64,000 bases of DNA from Thermoanaerobaculia bacterium (lineage in GTDB: Bacteria > Acidobacteriota > Thermoanaerobaculia > Multivoradales > JAGPDF01). Numbering within the stretch: the first letter of the stretch is position 1; every line of letters begins with the position of its first letter. The position numbers and the translations under genes were made by a program. The notes beneath the pieces were generated by a model, which was not told where the DNA came from, made no database searches, and saw only the letters and a program-made list of their open reading frames with translations. Location: assembly GCA_050186295.1 (NCBI GenBank), contig JBFWYP010000006.1:65336-129335 (forward strand), given 5' to 3'. Positions 44,079 through 54,305 of the stretch are shown piece by piece.

Positions 44079-44171
44079 CCGCCCGGAGAGGTCGAAGGCA
44101 CCCGCCGGCGCGCATTCCTTCCGAAGTGGAACGGGATGCGCGCCGGTTGCGGCGATCGCGGGTGCCCGCGT

Positions 44172-44855
44172 TCAGGCGGCGACGGCCGGAGCCTCTTCGC
44201 CGTCGACGCTCCCCGGCAGCCGGGCTCCGAGCAACCACTCGGCGAGCCTCGCCCAGACCAGTCCGAGCGCGTTGTGGAGGTGGAGCGAGAGAAGGAGCGC
44301 CAGCGCGCCGGCGAAGGCGAGCGGCAGCGCGCCGAGGAACGTGGTCGGAGTCCAGGGGCCGAGCTCGACGTGGCCGCGACCGAAGAGCAACACGAACGGC
44401 GCAGCGACGAAGGCGACGGGTACGATCAGGGTGACGAGCGAAACCACCCAGCCGACGAGCCCCAGGGGAAATTTGAGACCGAGGAAGAGGAGTCCCTTCC
44501 AGAGCGCGGCCGAGCTGCCGACGGCACGGATGGCGACCAGACGCTTGCCGTTCACGGGGCGCGTCGGATCCAGTCGTTCCGGGACGGCAGCACCGAGGAG
44601 GTGGATCGCCAGCTGCCGCTCGAGGCCCTGCGCGAGCCACGCTCCCGTCAGGGTGAGGAAGAGCAGCAGCAGTCCGACCCAGACCAGGGTCAACGGGACT
44701 CCGGCAGCGAAACCGACCGTGAGGCCGACGAAATAGACCAGGCCGAGCGGAAAGGCGAGCCAGAGGTAGAGCATGCTGCCGTAGGTGCGGAGCCGGAACG
44801 GAACGGCGAAGAACTCCACGATCGGTCGGCTGCGGACGCGGGGATCGATTCTCAT
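44172..44855 (-). CDS. Polytopic membrane protein (putative-sensor-like N-terminal domain family)
   Basis: Four to five TM helices and no catalytic motifs. AGGAGGA RBS before the ATG at 44855. Confidence 0.45.
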   Translation of the reverse strand: MRIDPRVRSRPIVEFFAVPFRLRTYGSMLYLWLAFPLGLVYFVGLTVGFAAGVPLTLVWVGLLLLFLTLTGAWLAQGLERQLAIHLLGAAVPERLDPTRPVNGKRLVAIRAVGSSAALWKGLLFLGLKFPLGLVGWVVSLVTLIVPVAFVAAPFVLLFGRGHVELGPWTPTTFLGALPLAFAGALALLLSLHLHNALGLVWARLAEWLLGARLPGSVDGEEAPAVAA

Positions 44856-44926
44856 GATCTCCTCCTGCCGCGCCCTACGGCAGGTCACGGGCGTTGTTTC
44901 GCCGCCTCCCGTAGAATCCGCCTGCC

Positions 44927-45907
<981 letters not shown>

Positions 45908-45997
45908 CGGCTGTCCTGCGGGGGCGTGCGGATAGCCGTATCGGACTCCCTCGGGGAGAGGACTTGCGGAAATCACATTTTCCACTAAACTGACCGT

Positions 45998-46540
45998 GTG
46001 ATCCGTTCCGCACGCTCCTCGTTCGCCGGCCTGGCGGGGCTCTGCCTCGGCGTCGGCCTCCTCCTGCCCTCCGGGGCAGAGGCGGGAACTCTGAACGGGG
46101 TCGGCGTCACGCCGGAGGCCGTGCAGCTCGGATCGATCGAGGTGAGCGCTCCGGTCGGCTGCGTCGTCGCCTACACGGTGAGCGTCGTCACCACCCTGGA
46201 GGCGCAGCCGGAACAGTTCGAGATCCAGGTCGCGGACGACGGCGTGATCACGCAGATCGTGCCGCTCGAGGCGCCCGCCGACGGCGCGCTGCACGTCCTG
46301 CAGGGCAGCTTCGCGTTGACGCGGCCGCCCGCCGACGGCAGTCCCGGAGTCGGCATCTACCTGGTCGACGACGGTCTCGTCCTCGATGCGGTGGACCCGT
46401 TCGGCCTGCCTTGTTCGGCGCCCGACGTCCCGGCCCTCGCCGGCTCCGGCTATGTCGCGCTCATCGCCGTGCTCGCGCTCGTTGCGCTCTTCGCACTGCG
46501 CCGGCTCCGACGGCCGAGCGCTGCCGGTCTCGCCTCCTAG
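45998..46540 (+). CDS. Small secreted protein with C-terminal sorting-signal-like tail (VPAL motif + TM + RRLRR)
   Basis: Signal peptide (GTG)IRSARSSFAGLAGLCLGVGLLLPSGAEA. The C-terminus is DVPALAGSGYVALIAVLALVALFALRRLRRP. A sigma70-like TTGCGG-16-TAAACT element lies immediately upstream. Confidence 0.45.
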   Translation: MIRSARSSFAGLAGLCLGVGLLLPSGAEAGTLNGVGVTPEAVQLGSIEVSAPVGCVVAYTVSVVTTLEAQPEQFEIQVADDGVITQIVPLEAPADGALHVLQGSFALTRPPADGSPGVGIYLVDDGLVLDAVDPFGLPCSAPDVPALAGSGYVALIAVLALVALFALRRLRRPSAAGLAS

Positions 46541-47745
46541 TCCCCTTCGCGGCTCGCCGCCGCATTCCCGGAGCCGTCGTAGCCGGTCAGCTCGACGAAG
46601 CCGTGTCCGGCGAGGGCCCGGCCCTGCTCGCGGCCGGTGACGGCGACCGCACCCTCCCAGTAGCGCACCGAGAGGTCGAGCTCCTGGTTCGCGAGCCGCG
46701 GCCGCAGCTCGAGGACGAGATCCTCCTCTACCGTGAGACGCCAGCGGGCCGGATAGGTCGCGCCGTGCGGGCTCCGCCAGGTGGCGAGCTCTTCGATCTT
46801 CAGGCTGCGCTCGTCGAGGAGGCGCGAGCTGCCGTCGCGTGCGGTGAGACGTCCGCGGCTCCACCGGTCGGCCCCGCCGTCCCGTCGTCGCAGCCGGTAG
46901 TACATGAGCTCGCGGCCGTCGTCGAGCTGGAGCGCGAACCAGTCCCAGCCGGCGAGCTCCGGAGCGAGCGCGCTGGTCGACCACTCGCGGTCGAGCCACG
47001 CCTCGCCGGAGACGGCGACCTCGCGGCCGGCGATCTCGACCGTGCCGCGCGCGGAGAGTCGCGGGATCGAGTAGTAGTACGACGCGTTGCCGGGCTCCTC
47101 GCCTTTGCGCGAGAGGCCGTCCTCTCCCTGCAGGAGCGGAGGACGCAGCGCCGTGAGCTCGAGGTCGATCGCACAGTCCGACTCGCGCGCCCGAAGGCGC
47201 AGAGGGGAGAACGGTTCCCCGACGCTCGCGAGGCTCCAGCTCTCGACCCGGACCGCGAAGGGGCTCGCCCGGACCTCCGCCAGCTCTCCGCCTTCCCGGG
47301 TGAGGCGCTCGAAGGCCCGGAACGTTCCGCTGGCCGCGTCGCCGAGCGCGAAGTGCGCCATCCAGACGTGGGCATTGCGGAACGTCGACGGGCTGGCGGG
47401 AATCGCGGAGGGCGGGACGAGCGCGTTGCGGAAGAAGGTGAGCTGGGCGCCGAAGGCGCGACCGTCGGCGGCGAACAGGTTGGCGGTGACGTACCACCAC
47501 TCGGTCCGGAAGCCCTCGTGCGCGCCGTGATCGACCGGGAACCGGAACTCCCGCGGCACCTCGGCGCGCGTGAAGCCAGGGTCCGGCGCGCCGCCCAGCG
47601 CCTCGCCGACCGCGAGCGTCGCGCGGACCTCGTCCCTTCCCGCCCGGCTCCGATCGAGCCGCCAGGCGAAGAAGATCAGGGGGAGCAGGACCGCGACCCA
47701 GATCGAGCCGATCCGGACCGCTCTGCCGGACAGGGGAAGCGCCAT
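46537..47745 (-). CDS. AttH/CrtC-like lipocalin-fold protein (hydroxyneurosporene-synthase-like domain) associated with ABC transporter
   Basis: [22 protein letters not shown] is the N-terminal signature of the CrtC/AttH family. It is the C-terminal real part of the 1285-aa artefactual ORF, with an N-terminal signal/TM. Confidence 0.65.
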   Translation of the reverse strand: MALPLSGRAVRIGSIWVAVLLPLIFFAWRLDRSRAGRDEVRATLAVGEALGGAPDPGFTRAEVPREFRFPVDHGAHEGFRTEWWYVTANLFAADGRAFGAQLTFFRNALVPPSAIPASPSTFRNAHVWMAHFALGDAASGTFRAFERLTREGGELAEVRASPFAVRVESWSLASVGEPFSPLRLRARESDCAIDLELTALRPPLLQGEDGLSRKGEEPGNASYYYSIPRLSARGTVEIAGREVAVSGEAWLDREWSTSALAPELAGWDWFALQLDDGRELMYYRLRRRDGGADRWSRGRLTARDGSSRLLDERSLKIEELATWRSPHGATYPARWRLTVEEDLVLELRPRLANQELDLSVRYWEGAVAVTGREQGRALAGHGFVELTGYDGSGNAAASREGD

Positions 47746-47750
47746 CGGCC

Positions 47751-50324
47751 TCACTCCTCGCGCAGCGCCGTCGACGGATCGGCGCGGGTCAGGTGGATCG
47801 CAGGCAGGATGCCGGCGAGGAGGGCTGCGGCGAGCGACAGGGCGACGGCTTCGGCGAACGGACGGAGCGGCAGGAGGAGCTCCATCGACCAGCCGAACGA
47901 GCGGCGGTTGATCACGTGCACCATCAGCGCGGCGAGGAGCAGACCGAGCGGCAGCGAGAAGAGTCCCGCGGCGAGGCCGATCCAACCCGTTTCGGCGCCC
48001 ACCTGGGCGAGCAACTCGCGGCGCGTCAGCCCCAGGGCGCGGAGCAGCGCCAGCTCGCGCCGCCGGTCGATCTCGTAGGCGGCGAGAGCGGCGAGGATGC
48101 CGAGTACGGCGACCGCGATCGCCAGCAGCCGGAGGATGCCGGTGATGCGGAAGGTACGGTCGAAGATCTCGACCGACATCGCCTTCAGCTGCGCGCTGGG
48201 CTGGATCTCGAGCGCGCCGGGCGGGGCCGTCTCGCGGATCCGCCGGCCGAGGTCTTCGAGCTTCGTGCCGGTGCGGGCGAAGACGGCGAGGACCGCCACG
48301 TCGGTCTCTCCGAACAGAGCGCGAAACGTCCGGTCGGTGAACTTCGCCACGCCCTGGTCGGAGCCGTAGTCGTAGTCGATCCCGGCGACCAGGAACGATC
48401 GGCGACCGGACGGCGTCGGCAGCTCGAAGCGATCGCCCGCGTGGAGTCCCCGGCGGTAGGCGAACGGTTCGGAGAGGATCGTCGCGTCGGGATATTCGTC
48501 CATGGCGCGCCACACCTCGTCGGCGCGACCCTCCTTGAACCGGAACGCATCCCTTCCTCGGCGATCGAGGTCGAGCCCGACGACGCGCGCGGGAACGGCG
48601 CCCGGCTCTTCGAGGAGCATGGTGCGCAGCGTGTTGACGCGCGCGACGCCGGGGAGGCCGCGGATCCGGTCGACGGTCGCGGGAGGAATCCGCAGGTGGA
48701 CGGCGCTCGGAATCCGCGACGGCGTGCTGACGTAGAGGTCGCCGACGAGCGCCGCGTCGAGCCAGACCTGCACCGCCTGACGGAAGCTGCCGATCATCAC
48801 CGCGACGGCGATCGAGACCGAGACGGCGACGGCGAGCGCCGCGACGGCGACGCCGGTGCGCGAGAGGGCTGCGCCGACCGCGCGGGCGCCGTTGCGGAGG
48901 AAGAGGCCCCGCTTGCCGTGGAGCGCCGCGAGCCGGCGCGCGGCGAAGTTCATGCCGCGCGCGAGCAGCCAGGGGATCGCGAAGGCGCAGCCGACGAGGA
49001 CCAGGAAGAAGGCGGCGAGCGGCAGCGCGAGGGCGCGCGTCGGAACGAGGAAGAGCAGCGACCCGACGACGAGGAAGGCGACGCCGGCGAGCGCGGCGAC
49101 TCCGGCGAGCCGCTGGACGCGCTCCTCGAGCGCCGAGCGCAGCTGTGTCGTCCGCGGAGGAGAGGAGGCCGCTTCGAACGCCGGCACCACGGCGGCGGCG
49201 AGGGCGGCGGCGACGCCGAGCGCGGCGCCGCGCAGCAGGGTGCCGGGAGGAATGCCGAAGTTTCCGACGGCCGCAGCGAAGTAGAGATCGCGGATCGTGG
49301 TCAGGACGAGCGCCGTCACGCCGCGTCCGAGGATCACACCGAGGGCGAGTCCGACGGCGCTCCCGAGAAGTCCCACGGCGACCGCCTCGGCGAGGATCCG
49401 GCGGACGATCTCGATCCGCCGCACTCCGAGCGCCCGCAGGCGGCCGAAGAGATCGCGACGCTGCACGACCGAGAAGGTGAGCGCGTTGTAGATCAGGAAC
49501 GAGCCGCAGAGCAGCGCGAGCAGCGACAGCGCCCGGAGATTGAAGCGGAACGCGCGGGTCATCTGGGCGAGCGTCTCGGGTCGCGACGCGGTGCGGGCGA
49601 GAAGGAGACCGGGCGGCAGGAGCGCGGTGATCCGTTCGATCCGCTGCGGCGTCCGCGGGTCGCTCTCCGGCAGCAGGAGCTCGAGGCGACTGAGCTTCCC
49701 CGGCAGGTCGAGGAGCTCCTGGGCGGTGGCGAGGTCGACCAGCGCGAGATCGGCGAGCGCCGCGCGCGAGCCCTCGTCTCCGGGCTCGAGCAGTCCGACG
49801 ATCCGCAGGCGCTCGCGGCGGCCGCCGATCGCCACCTCGAGCTCGTCGTCGAGCGCGACGTCGAGGGCCCGCGCGGTGTCGCGCGAGACGACCGCGGCGC
49901 CGCGCTCGGTCGCGAAGCGGACGAGGTCGAACGGACCGCGGTCGGTCGTGGCGGTCGCGGCGAGGAGACCGCGGAACGGCGCTTCGCTCCAGGGGTCGAT
50001 CCCCAGCAGTCGCAGCGGGCGCCCGGGTGGATCGCCGACGAGGACTGTCTCGTCGACGATCGGCGCGACCTCGCGGATGCCGGCTTCGATCCGGAGACGC
50101 GCGAGCCAGCGCTCGTCGAGCTCGCCGGCGGAGGAGCGGATCTCGTGCGTGGCGGCCCCCGCCGTGGCGACCGTCGCGAGCTCGAACGAGCGCCGCGCGC
50201 TCTCGTTCGCGAGATCGATCGCCACGACCACGGCGACCCCGACGGCGATTCCGGCGAGCGCCAGACCGAACTGCGCCGGATGTCGCAGATGGTAGCGGCG
50301 GCTCGCTCTGCCGAGCAGGCTCAA
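47751..50324 (-). CDS. ABC transporter permease, duplicated FtsX/MacB-like domains (857 aa)
   Basis: Two FtsX-type 4-TM modules, each preceded by a large periplasmic domain. Confidence 0.75.
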   Translation of the reverse strand: MSLLGRASRRYHLRHPAQFGLALAGIAVGVAVVVAIDLANESARRSFELATVATAGAATHEIRSSAGELDERWLARLRIEAGIREVAPIVDETVLVGDPPGRPLRLLGIDPWSEAPFRGLLAATATTDRGPFDLVRFATERGAAVVSRDTARALDVALDDELEVAIGGRRERLRIVGLLEPGDEGSRAALADLALVDLATAQELLDLPGKLSRLELLLPESDPRTPQRIERITALLPPGLLLARTASRPETLAQMTRAFRFNLRALSLLALLCGSFLIYNALTFSVVQRRDLFGRLRALGVRRIEIVRRILAEAVAVGLLGSAVGLALGVILGRGVTALVLTTIRDLYFAAAVGNFGIPPGTLLRGAALGVAAALAAAVVPAFEAASSPPRTTQLRSALEERVQRLAGVAALAGVAFLVVGSLLFLVPTRALALPLAAFFLVLVGCAFAIPWLLARGMNFAARRLAALHGKRGLFLRNGARAVGAALSRTGVAVAALAVAVSVSIAVAVMIGSFRQAVQVWLDAALVGDLYVSTPSRIPSAVHLRIPPATVDRIRGLPGVARVNTLRTMLLEEPGAVPARVVGLDLDRRGRDAFRFKEGRADEVWRAMDEYPDATILSEPFAYRRGLHAGDRFELPTPSGRRSFLVAGIDYDYGSDQGVAKFTDRTFRALFGETDVAVLAVFARTGTKLEDLGRRIRETAPPGALEIQPSAQLKAMSVEIFDRTFRITGILRLLAIAVAVLGILAALAAYEIDRRRELALLRALGLTRRELLAQVGAETGWIGLAAGLFSLPLGLLLAALMVHVINRRSFGWSMELLLPLRPFAEAVALSLAAALLAGILPAIHLTRADPSTALREE

Positions 50325-51106
50325 GGCAGCGCAGCGCGGCCGGAGGCCGGCGGAGGCGGCATCGTTCCACCCGGCTCGCGGTCGTGGTTCGCACGCTCGA
50401 CGAGCTTGCCGTCCTCGAGCGCGAGCACGCGGTCGGCGATCCCCATGACCTCCCGGCCGTGGGTGACCATGAGGAGCGTCTTTCCCGCCCGCCGGGTGAG
50501 CCGGTCGAGGATCTCGATCACCTCGAGGCCGGTCTCGAGATCGAGGTTGCCAGTCGGCTCGTCGGCGAGGACGAGCGCCGGGTCGTTGGCGAGGGCGCGG
50601 GCGATGGCGACGCGCTGCTGCTCGCCGCCGGAAAGGCGGTCGGGGAACTGCGAGCGGCGGTCGCCGAGCCCGACCTCCGCGAGGAGGTCGAGGGCGTGGC
50701 TGCGGGACGCGGGATCGGACCGGCCGGAGAGCTCGAGCGGCAGGAGGAGGTTCTCCTCCACGGTCAGCGTCGGCACCAGATTGAAGAACTGGAAGACGAA
50801 GCCGAGGCGATCCCGGCGCAGTCGGGTGCGCTCGTCGTCCGGAAGGCCGGCGAGAGAGCGGCCCTCGAGGAGCACGTCGCCGGAGTCCGGCCGGTCGATC
50901 CCGGCGATGAGATGAAGGAGGGTCGACTTGCCCGACCCGCTGCGGCCGAGAAGGACCACGAGCTCGCCGCGGGCGATGACACCGTCGGCGCGGTCGAGTA
51001 CCACCCGCCGCCGGCCCGCTTCGAGGTAGCTCTTCGAGAGCGCGACGAGCTCGATCACCGCCGCTGCCGGCGGATCTTCACCGTTGTGCCGGGTTCCGGA
51101 CGTCAC
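50321..51106 (-). CDS. ABC transporter ATP-binding protein
   Basis: Walker [13 protein letters not shown] signature [15 protein letters not shown], and Walker [13 protein letters not shown]. Confidence 0.85.
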   Translation of the reverse strand: MTSGTRHNGEDPPAAAVIELVALSKSYLEAGRRRVVLDRADGVIARGELVVLLGRSGSGKSTLLHLIAGIDRPDSGDVLLEGRSLAGLPDDERTRLRRDRLGFVFQFFNLVPTLTVEENLLLPLELSGRSDPASRSHALDLLAEVGLGDRRSQFPDRLSGGEQQRVAIARALANDPALVLADEPTGNLDLETGLEVIEILDRLTRRAGKTLLMVTHGREVMGIADRVLALEDGKLVERANHDREPGGTMPPPPASGRAALP

Positions 51107-51170
51107 CGCCTCACTCTACGGCGCCGTCGGCGACTTCGGTTGATGCCCCGGGAACGATAGGATCCACGCC

Positions 51171-52055
51171 GTGGAAAGTCGCGTTCTCGCCCTGTCCCGC
51201 CCGGCCGACTGGCTGGAGCTGACCAAGCCGCGGATCACCCTCCTGGTCACCCTCACCACGGCGGCCGGGTTCGCGCTGGCGAGCGAAGGGCGATTCGACT
51301 TCGCGACCTTTCTCGCGGCGCTCGCCGGCACGGCGCTCGTCGCGGCAGGTTCGGCGGTATTCAACCAGGTGATCGAGCGCGATCTCGACCGCAACATGCG
51401 CCGCACCGCGAACCGGCCGTTACCGGCCGGCAGGCTTGCGATCGAACCGGCGAGCCTGTTCGGAGCGCTCCTTGCAGTGTCGGGAACGCTTCTCCTGCTG
51501 CTCTTCGCGAATCTCCTGACCGCGGCGATCGGCGTCGGAACGCTCGTCGCCTACGTGGCGGTCTACACACCGATGAAGACACGCAGCTCGCTCGCCACGC
51601 TGGTCGGGGCGATCCCGGGAGCGGCGCCGCCGGTGATGGGCTGGACCGCCGCCACCGGGGAGGTCGGTCTCGGCGGCTGGGTGCTGTTCGCCATCCTCTT
51701 CCTCTGGCAGCTCCCGCATTTCCTCTCGATCGCCTGGATGTACCGGGAGGACTACCGCCGGGCCGGGATGCCGCTGCTCACCGTGAACGACCCCGACGGC
51801 CACTCGACGGCGCGCCAGACGGTCCTCTACGCGGTGGCTCTGCTGCCCGTGTCGCTGATGCCGTCGGCGCTCGGAATCACCGGCTGGGTCTACCTCTTCG
51901 GTGCGCTTGCCTTCGGTGGACTCTTCCTCGCGGCTGCCTGGCGCTTCGCGCGCCAGCAGTCGCAGGCGACCGCGCGGCGGCTCCTGCTCTCCTCGGTCCT
52001 CTACCTTCCGGCGGTGCTCTCGGTCGCGGTGGCCGACCATCTCTATCTGCGCTGA
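51171..52055 (+). CDS. ctaB: Protoheme IX farnesyltransferase (heme O synthase)
   Basis: UbiA-family fold with heme-O-synthase blocks: the first Asp-rich motif NQVIERDLDRNMRRTANRPLPAG and the second motif YREDYRRAGMP. Confidence 0.85.
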   Translation: MESRVLALSRPADWLELTKPRITLLVTLTTAAGFALASEGRFDFATFLAALAGTALVAAGSAVFNQVIERDLDRNMRRTANRPLPAGRLAIEPASLFGALLAVSGTLLLLLFANLLTAAIGVGTLVAYVAVYTPMKTRSSLATLVGAIPGAAPPVMGWTAATGEVGLGGWVLFAILFLWQLPHFLSIAWMYREDYRRAGMPLLTVNDPDGHSTARQTVLYAVALLPVSLMPSALGITGWVYLFGALAFGGLFLAAAWRFARQQSQATARRLLLSSVLYLPAVLSVAVADHLYLR

Positions 52056-52092
52056 GTCGGCGGTCGCCGTGCTCCGGTCCGGACTCTTCGCC

Positions 52093-52701
52093 ATGTCGAG
52101 ATCGCTGCGGTCGCCGCGGTCCGTCGCCTTGCCGGTCCTGCTGTTCGTGATCTCCTGCGCTGCCGGCTGCGGCCGCCCGCCGCGCGAGTCGCCCCCGGTC
52201 CTCTCCTCGCTGCCGCAGTTCGAGCTTCTCGAGCGATCGGGCGAGACGGTGACCCGGGAGAGTCTGCTCGGCCGGCCGTGGATCGCCGACTTCGTCTTCA
52301 CCCGCTGCCCCGCCGCCTGCCCGCGGCTGACCGCGAAGATGAAGGATCTCGGCGCCCGTCTGCCCGCGAGCTCCGCCGCGCGGATGGTTTCGATCTCGGT
52401 CGACCCGGAGTTCGACCGGCCGGCGGTGCTGACCGCGTACGCCGAACGCTGGCAGATCCGCAATCCGCGCTGGATGCTCGTCACCGGAGAGCGCGACGCC
52501 GTCTGGTCGCTGATCCGCAAGGGATTCCTGCTGCCGGTCGAGGCGCAGGACGACGTGGCGAATCCGATCCTCCACAGCAACCGGTTCGCCATCGTCGACG
52601 CCGCCGGCAACCTGCGGGGGACCTACGAGGCGTTCGACCCCGAAGCGCTCGACCGGCTGCTGCTCGACCTCGCGGTGATCGAGGGCGAGGCGCGGCGGTG
52701 A
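52093..52701 (+). CDS. SCO1/SenC family copper chaperone (second paralog, lipoprotein)
   Basis: Lipobox FVISCAAGC, CxxxCP motif FTRCPAACP, and a conserved His in the NPILHSNRFAIVD region. Confidence 0.7.
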   Translation: MSRSLRSPRSVALPVLLFVISCAAGCGRPPRESPPVLSSLPQFELLERSGETVTRESLLGRPWIADFVFTRCPAACPRLTAKMKDLGARLPASSAARMVSISVDPEFDRPAVLTAYAERWQIRNPRWMLVTGERDAVWSLIRKGFLLPVEAQDDVANPILHSNRFAIVDAAGNLRGTYEAFDPEALDRLLLDLAVIEGEARR

Positions 52702-53123
52702 GTCTGGAGCTCGCCGACCTCCCGGCCCTCAACGCGTCGCTGAACGCCACCGCGACGCTCCTCCTGGTCACCGGCTTCCTGCTCATCCGGAGCCGGCGGA
52801 TCACGGCGCACCGCCGCGTCATGATCGCCGCCTTCGTCTGCTCGAGCCTCTTCCTCCTCTCCTACCTCGTCTACCACTTCCAGGTGGGTTCGGTGCGCTT
52901 CCGCGGAGTCGGTCCGATCCGGACGGTCTACTTCGCGATCCTGCTGACCCACACCGTGCTCGCCGCGACGATCCCGGTGCTCGCGCCGCTGACGCTCTGG
53001 CGCGGGCTCGCGGGCAGATACGACCGTCACCGCCGGATCGCCCGCTGGACTCTGCCGATCTGGCTCTACGTCTCGGTCACCGGCGTGGTGGTCTACTGGA
53101 TGCTCTATCGCCTGACGATCTAG
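52698..53123 (+). CDS. DUF420 family membrane protein (cytochrome-oxidase-assembly associated)
   Basis: A ~141-aa protein with four TM helices and a conserved His-rich core (ITAHRRVMIAAF...AILLTHTVLA). GTG start overlapping the sco stop (GTGA). Confidence 0.55.
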   Translation: MSLELADLPALNASLNATATLLLVTGFLLIRSRRITAHRRVMIAAFVCSSLFLLSYLVYHFQVGSVRFRGVGPIRTVYFAILLTHTVLAATIPVLAPLTLWRGLAGRYDRHRRIARWTLPIWLYVSVTGVVVYWMLYRLTI

Positions 53124-53138
53124 GCGCAGGAGCAGGAG

Positions 53139-54140
53139 TCAGCCGGGTGGCTCGGCGTCGGGATCGTCCGCTTCCTCGCCGGCGACTCCCTCGCCGAGCC
53201 AGATGAACCGATCCATGCTGCGGGCCCAGACGAAGCCGCGGCCGTTCTCCCGCATCCCGCGCAGGACCGCGAGCTTGGAGTCGATGTCGTCGATGGCGTG
53301 CAGAGCGAGGGCCTCGGCGGTCATCGGCTCGACCGGCGAGGCGTACTCCTTGCGCCCCTGGTGGCTGAGGACCAGGTGCTCGAGCTGGAGCCGGAGGTCG
53401 TGCGGGAAGTCGGGGATCGCGGCGGCGCGCTCGCGCAGCAGATCGCGGCCGAGGACGACGTGGCCGACCAGGCGCCCGACCGGCGTGTAGTCGTTGTCGG
53501 GCATCGCGCCGAGCTCCTGGATCTTGCCGAGATCGTGGAAGAGGACGCCGAGGATCAGGAGGTCGCGGTCGAGCTCCGGGTACTGGTCCGCGAAACGCAC
53601 GGCGAGCTCCATCATCGAGACGACGTGCTCGAGGAGGCCGCCGCGAAAGGCGTGATGAATCCCCTTCGCCGCCGGGTGGGTGCGGAGCGCGGCGCCGTGG
53701 ACGGCGAGGGTCTCGGTCGCGAGGCGCTGCAGCATCGGGCGCCGGACCTGTCCCTCGAGGAGCTCGCGCAGCCGGCGGTCGAGCTCGTCGAGGTCGAATT
53801 TCGTCGAAGGGACGAGGAGCGCCTCGTCGAAGCCTTCCGCGCGATCGCTCTCGCCGGCCTGCCGGCACTGATCGACCTTGAGCTGGAGCTGGTCGCGGTA
53901 GCTCTGCACCTGACCGCGGAACTTGACGTAGCCGCGGGCGGCGAATTCGGTCGCCATCGCCGAGCTGTCCGACCAGGCGCGGCCGAGGATCGATCCGCTG
54001 GCGTCGGCGAGCTCGAGGTCGAGGTAGTCGCGCCCGCTGCGATCCTGGCGGATCTCCTTGCGCTTCAGGTAGGCGAATCCCTGGACGGCGTCGCCGGCGT
54101 TCCAGGTCGCGATCGGCTGGTTCTTCGCAAGATTCGGCAT
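53139..54140 (-). CDS. OB-fold + HD-domain protein (YhaM/Cbf1-like 3'-5' exoribonuclease family)
   Basis: An N-terminal OB-fold (GDAVQGFAYLKRKEIR...), then an HD motif VLFHDLGK. It is the C-terminal real part of the 1322-aa artefactual ORF. Confidence 0.6.
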   Translation of the reverse strand: MPNLAKNQPIATWNAGDAVQGFAYLKRKEIRQDRSGRDYLDLELADASGSILGRAWSDSSAMATEFAARGYVKFRGQVQSYRDQLQLKVDQCRQAGESDRAEGFDEALLVPSTKFDLDELDRRLRELLEGQVRRPMLQRLATETLAVHGAALRTHPAAKGIHHAFRGGLLEHVVSMMELAVRFADQYPELDRDLLILGVLFHDLGKIQELGAMPDNDYTPVGRLVGHVVLGRDLLRERAAAIPDFPHDLRLQLEHLVLSHQGRKEYASPVEPMTAEALALHAIDDIDSKLAVLRGMRENGRGFVWARSMDRFIWLGEGVAGEEADDPDAEPPG

Positions 54141-54305
54141 CTGGTCAGGGCTCCGTTCGCCTCGGTGAAGCCCGCAGGACTCCCGCTTCGGCTCGCATCG
54201 GCTCCGTCGATGCGGAGCGCTCCGGCAGTATAGACGGCGGAGAAGCCGGATCGACCCTGGTACACGACTTGCTCGGCAGTCCGGTGACATGAGCGCCGAT
54301 CCGTC

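Noticed and set aside
44105-44146. GC-rich 11-bp-stem palindrome (CCGGCGCGCAT...ATGCGCGCCGG) between the convergent cytochrome c and membrane-protein genes
   Set aside because: The loop is long (20 nt) and there is no flanking U-tract on either strand, so I did not call it an intrinsic terminator. It may still act as an RNA structure or protein-binding site.
46537-50394. 1285-aa minus-strand ORF, and 1040-aa plus-strand ORF 47793-50915
   Set aside because: Only the C-terminal 402 aa of the minus ORF (the AttH/CrtC-like protein, 46537-47745) look like real protein. The rest is Arg-rich read-through antisense to nothing recognisable and overlaps the genuine FtsX permease frame. The plus-strand ORF is the GC mirror of the permease/ATPase genes.
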